A stretch of 62,771 nucleotides of DNA, the filler included, from Chiloscyllium plagiosum (lineage: Eukaryota): the NCBI RefSeq assembly GCF_004010195.1. It is 6 parts of one record of this genome, joined end to end, with 100 filler letters (N's around TTAATTAATTAA, not from the genome) between each part and the next. Parts side by side here need not be neighbours in the genome. Positions count along the whole stretch, not along the records: positions 52,355 to 62,771 come from NC_057710.1; 5 more parts are not named here. One strand, written 5' to 3'. How positions within the stretch are numbered: the first letter of the stretch is position 1; every line of letters begins with the position of its first letter. Made by a program: the position numbers and the translations under genes. Below, one piece after another: positions 61,651 to 62,771 of this stretch. The notes under the pieces were generated by a model. It had not been told where the DNA came from and did not search any database. It was given only the letters and a program-made list of their open reading frames with translations.

Positions 61651-62771
61651 CAGTAACTATAGGCCGGTTAGTCTCACTTCTGTTGTGGGCAAAGTCTTAG
61701 AGAGAATTGTAAGGGATAGGATTTATGCACATCTGGATAGGAATAATGTGATCAAGGATAGTCAGCATGGTTTTGTGAAGGGCAGGTCGTGCCTCACAAA
61801 CCTTATTGAATTCTTTGAAAAGGTGACGAAGGAGGTTGATGAGGGGAAAGCGGTAGATGTGGTATATATGGATTTTAGTAAGGCGTTCGATAAGGTTCCC
61901 CATGGTAGGCTACTGCAGAAAATACGGAGATATGGCATTGAGGGTGAGTTGGAGGTTTGGATTAGGAATTGGCTGGATGGAAGAAGACAGAGGGTAGTAG
62001 TTGATGGCAAAGTTTCTTCATGGAGTGCCGTCACTAGCGGTGTTCCGCAAGGATCTGTTTTGGGACCATTGCTGTTTGTCATTTTTATAAATGACATGGA
62101 AGAGGGGTTAGAAGGTTGGGTAAGCAAGTTTGCGGATGATACGAAAGACGGAGGAGTTGTTGACAGTGAGGAAGCATGTAGCAGGTTACAGCAGGATATA
62201 GAGAAGCTGCAGAGCTGGGCAGAAAGGTGGCAGATGGAATACAATGTAGCTAAGTGCGAGGTGATTCACTTGGGGAAGAATAACAAAAAGATGGGGTACT
62301 GGGCTAATGGTCGGATACTTGGTAGTGTGGATGAGCAGAGGGATCTTGGTGTCCATGTACACAGATCTCTGAAAGTTGCCACCCAGGTAAATAGTGCGGT
62401 GAGGAAGGCATATGGCGTACTGGCTTTTATTGGTAGAGGAATTGAGTTCCGGAATCCTGAGGTCATGATGCAGTTGTATAAGACTCTGGTACGGCCGCAT
62501 CTGGAATATTGTGTGCAGTTTTGGTCGCCATACTATAGGAAGGATGTGGAGGCACTGGAACGGGTGCAGAGGAGGTTTACCAGGATGTTGCCTGGTATGG
62601 AAGGAAAATCGTATGAGGAAAGACTGAGGCACTTGGGGCCGTTTTCACTAGAGAAAAGAAGGTTTACGGGTGACTTGATTGAGGTGTACAAGATGATTAG
62701 GGGGTTAGATAGGGACGACAGTATGAACCTTTTCCCGCGTATTGAGGCGGGTATTACAAGGGGGCATAGCT
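61651..62771 (+). mobile_element. Young 5'-truncated CR1 LINE; RT frame open 61655-62770, runs off window
   Basis: NYRPVSLTSVVGK...DFSKAFDKVPH...GVPQGSVLGPLLF...SKFADDTK...RPHLEYCVQFWSP; no stop in 372 codons by manual translation. Confidence 0.97.

Noticed and set aside
61697..62632. Minus-strand ORFs of 66-160 aa (also 10572-10952 and others)
   Set aside because: Antisense shadow ORFs of CR1 reverse transcriptase.

Overview
Vertebrate (not microbial) genomic DNA, almost certainly a shark or ray. This is inferred from HE1-type V-SINEs, their CR1-clade partner LINEs and the overall repeat landscape; the species cannot be fixed from sequence alone. The window is six contigs joined by five artificial 100-bp spacers (N44-TTAATTAATTAA-N44). 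No host protein-coding gene can be supported: every recognisable ORF is a retroelement fragment. The window contains about 20 CR1-clade LINE pieces (one young copy with a 372-codon open RT frame), a second CR1/L2-like LINE with its own tRNA-derived partner SINE, Tx1/L1-clade and Rex/Babar LINE remnants, eight HE1 SINEs, a solo LTR, a Tigger-like DNA transposon end and three tandem arrays. The strongest signal is more than 15 short Penelope-like terminal repeats from three families. They share a minimal hammerhead-ribozyme-like motif (CUGANGA-A-stem II-GAAA-N-NUH) with covarying stems. Several are TSD-flanked inverted insertions, and one recent copy brackets ~190 bp of apparently captured DNA. 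Also notable are a perfect 458-bp templated duplication and several repeat-free blocks that may be conserved non-coding elements. Coordinates of degenerate repeats are approximate.
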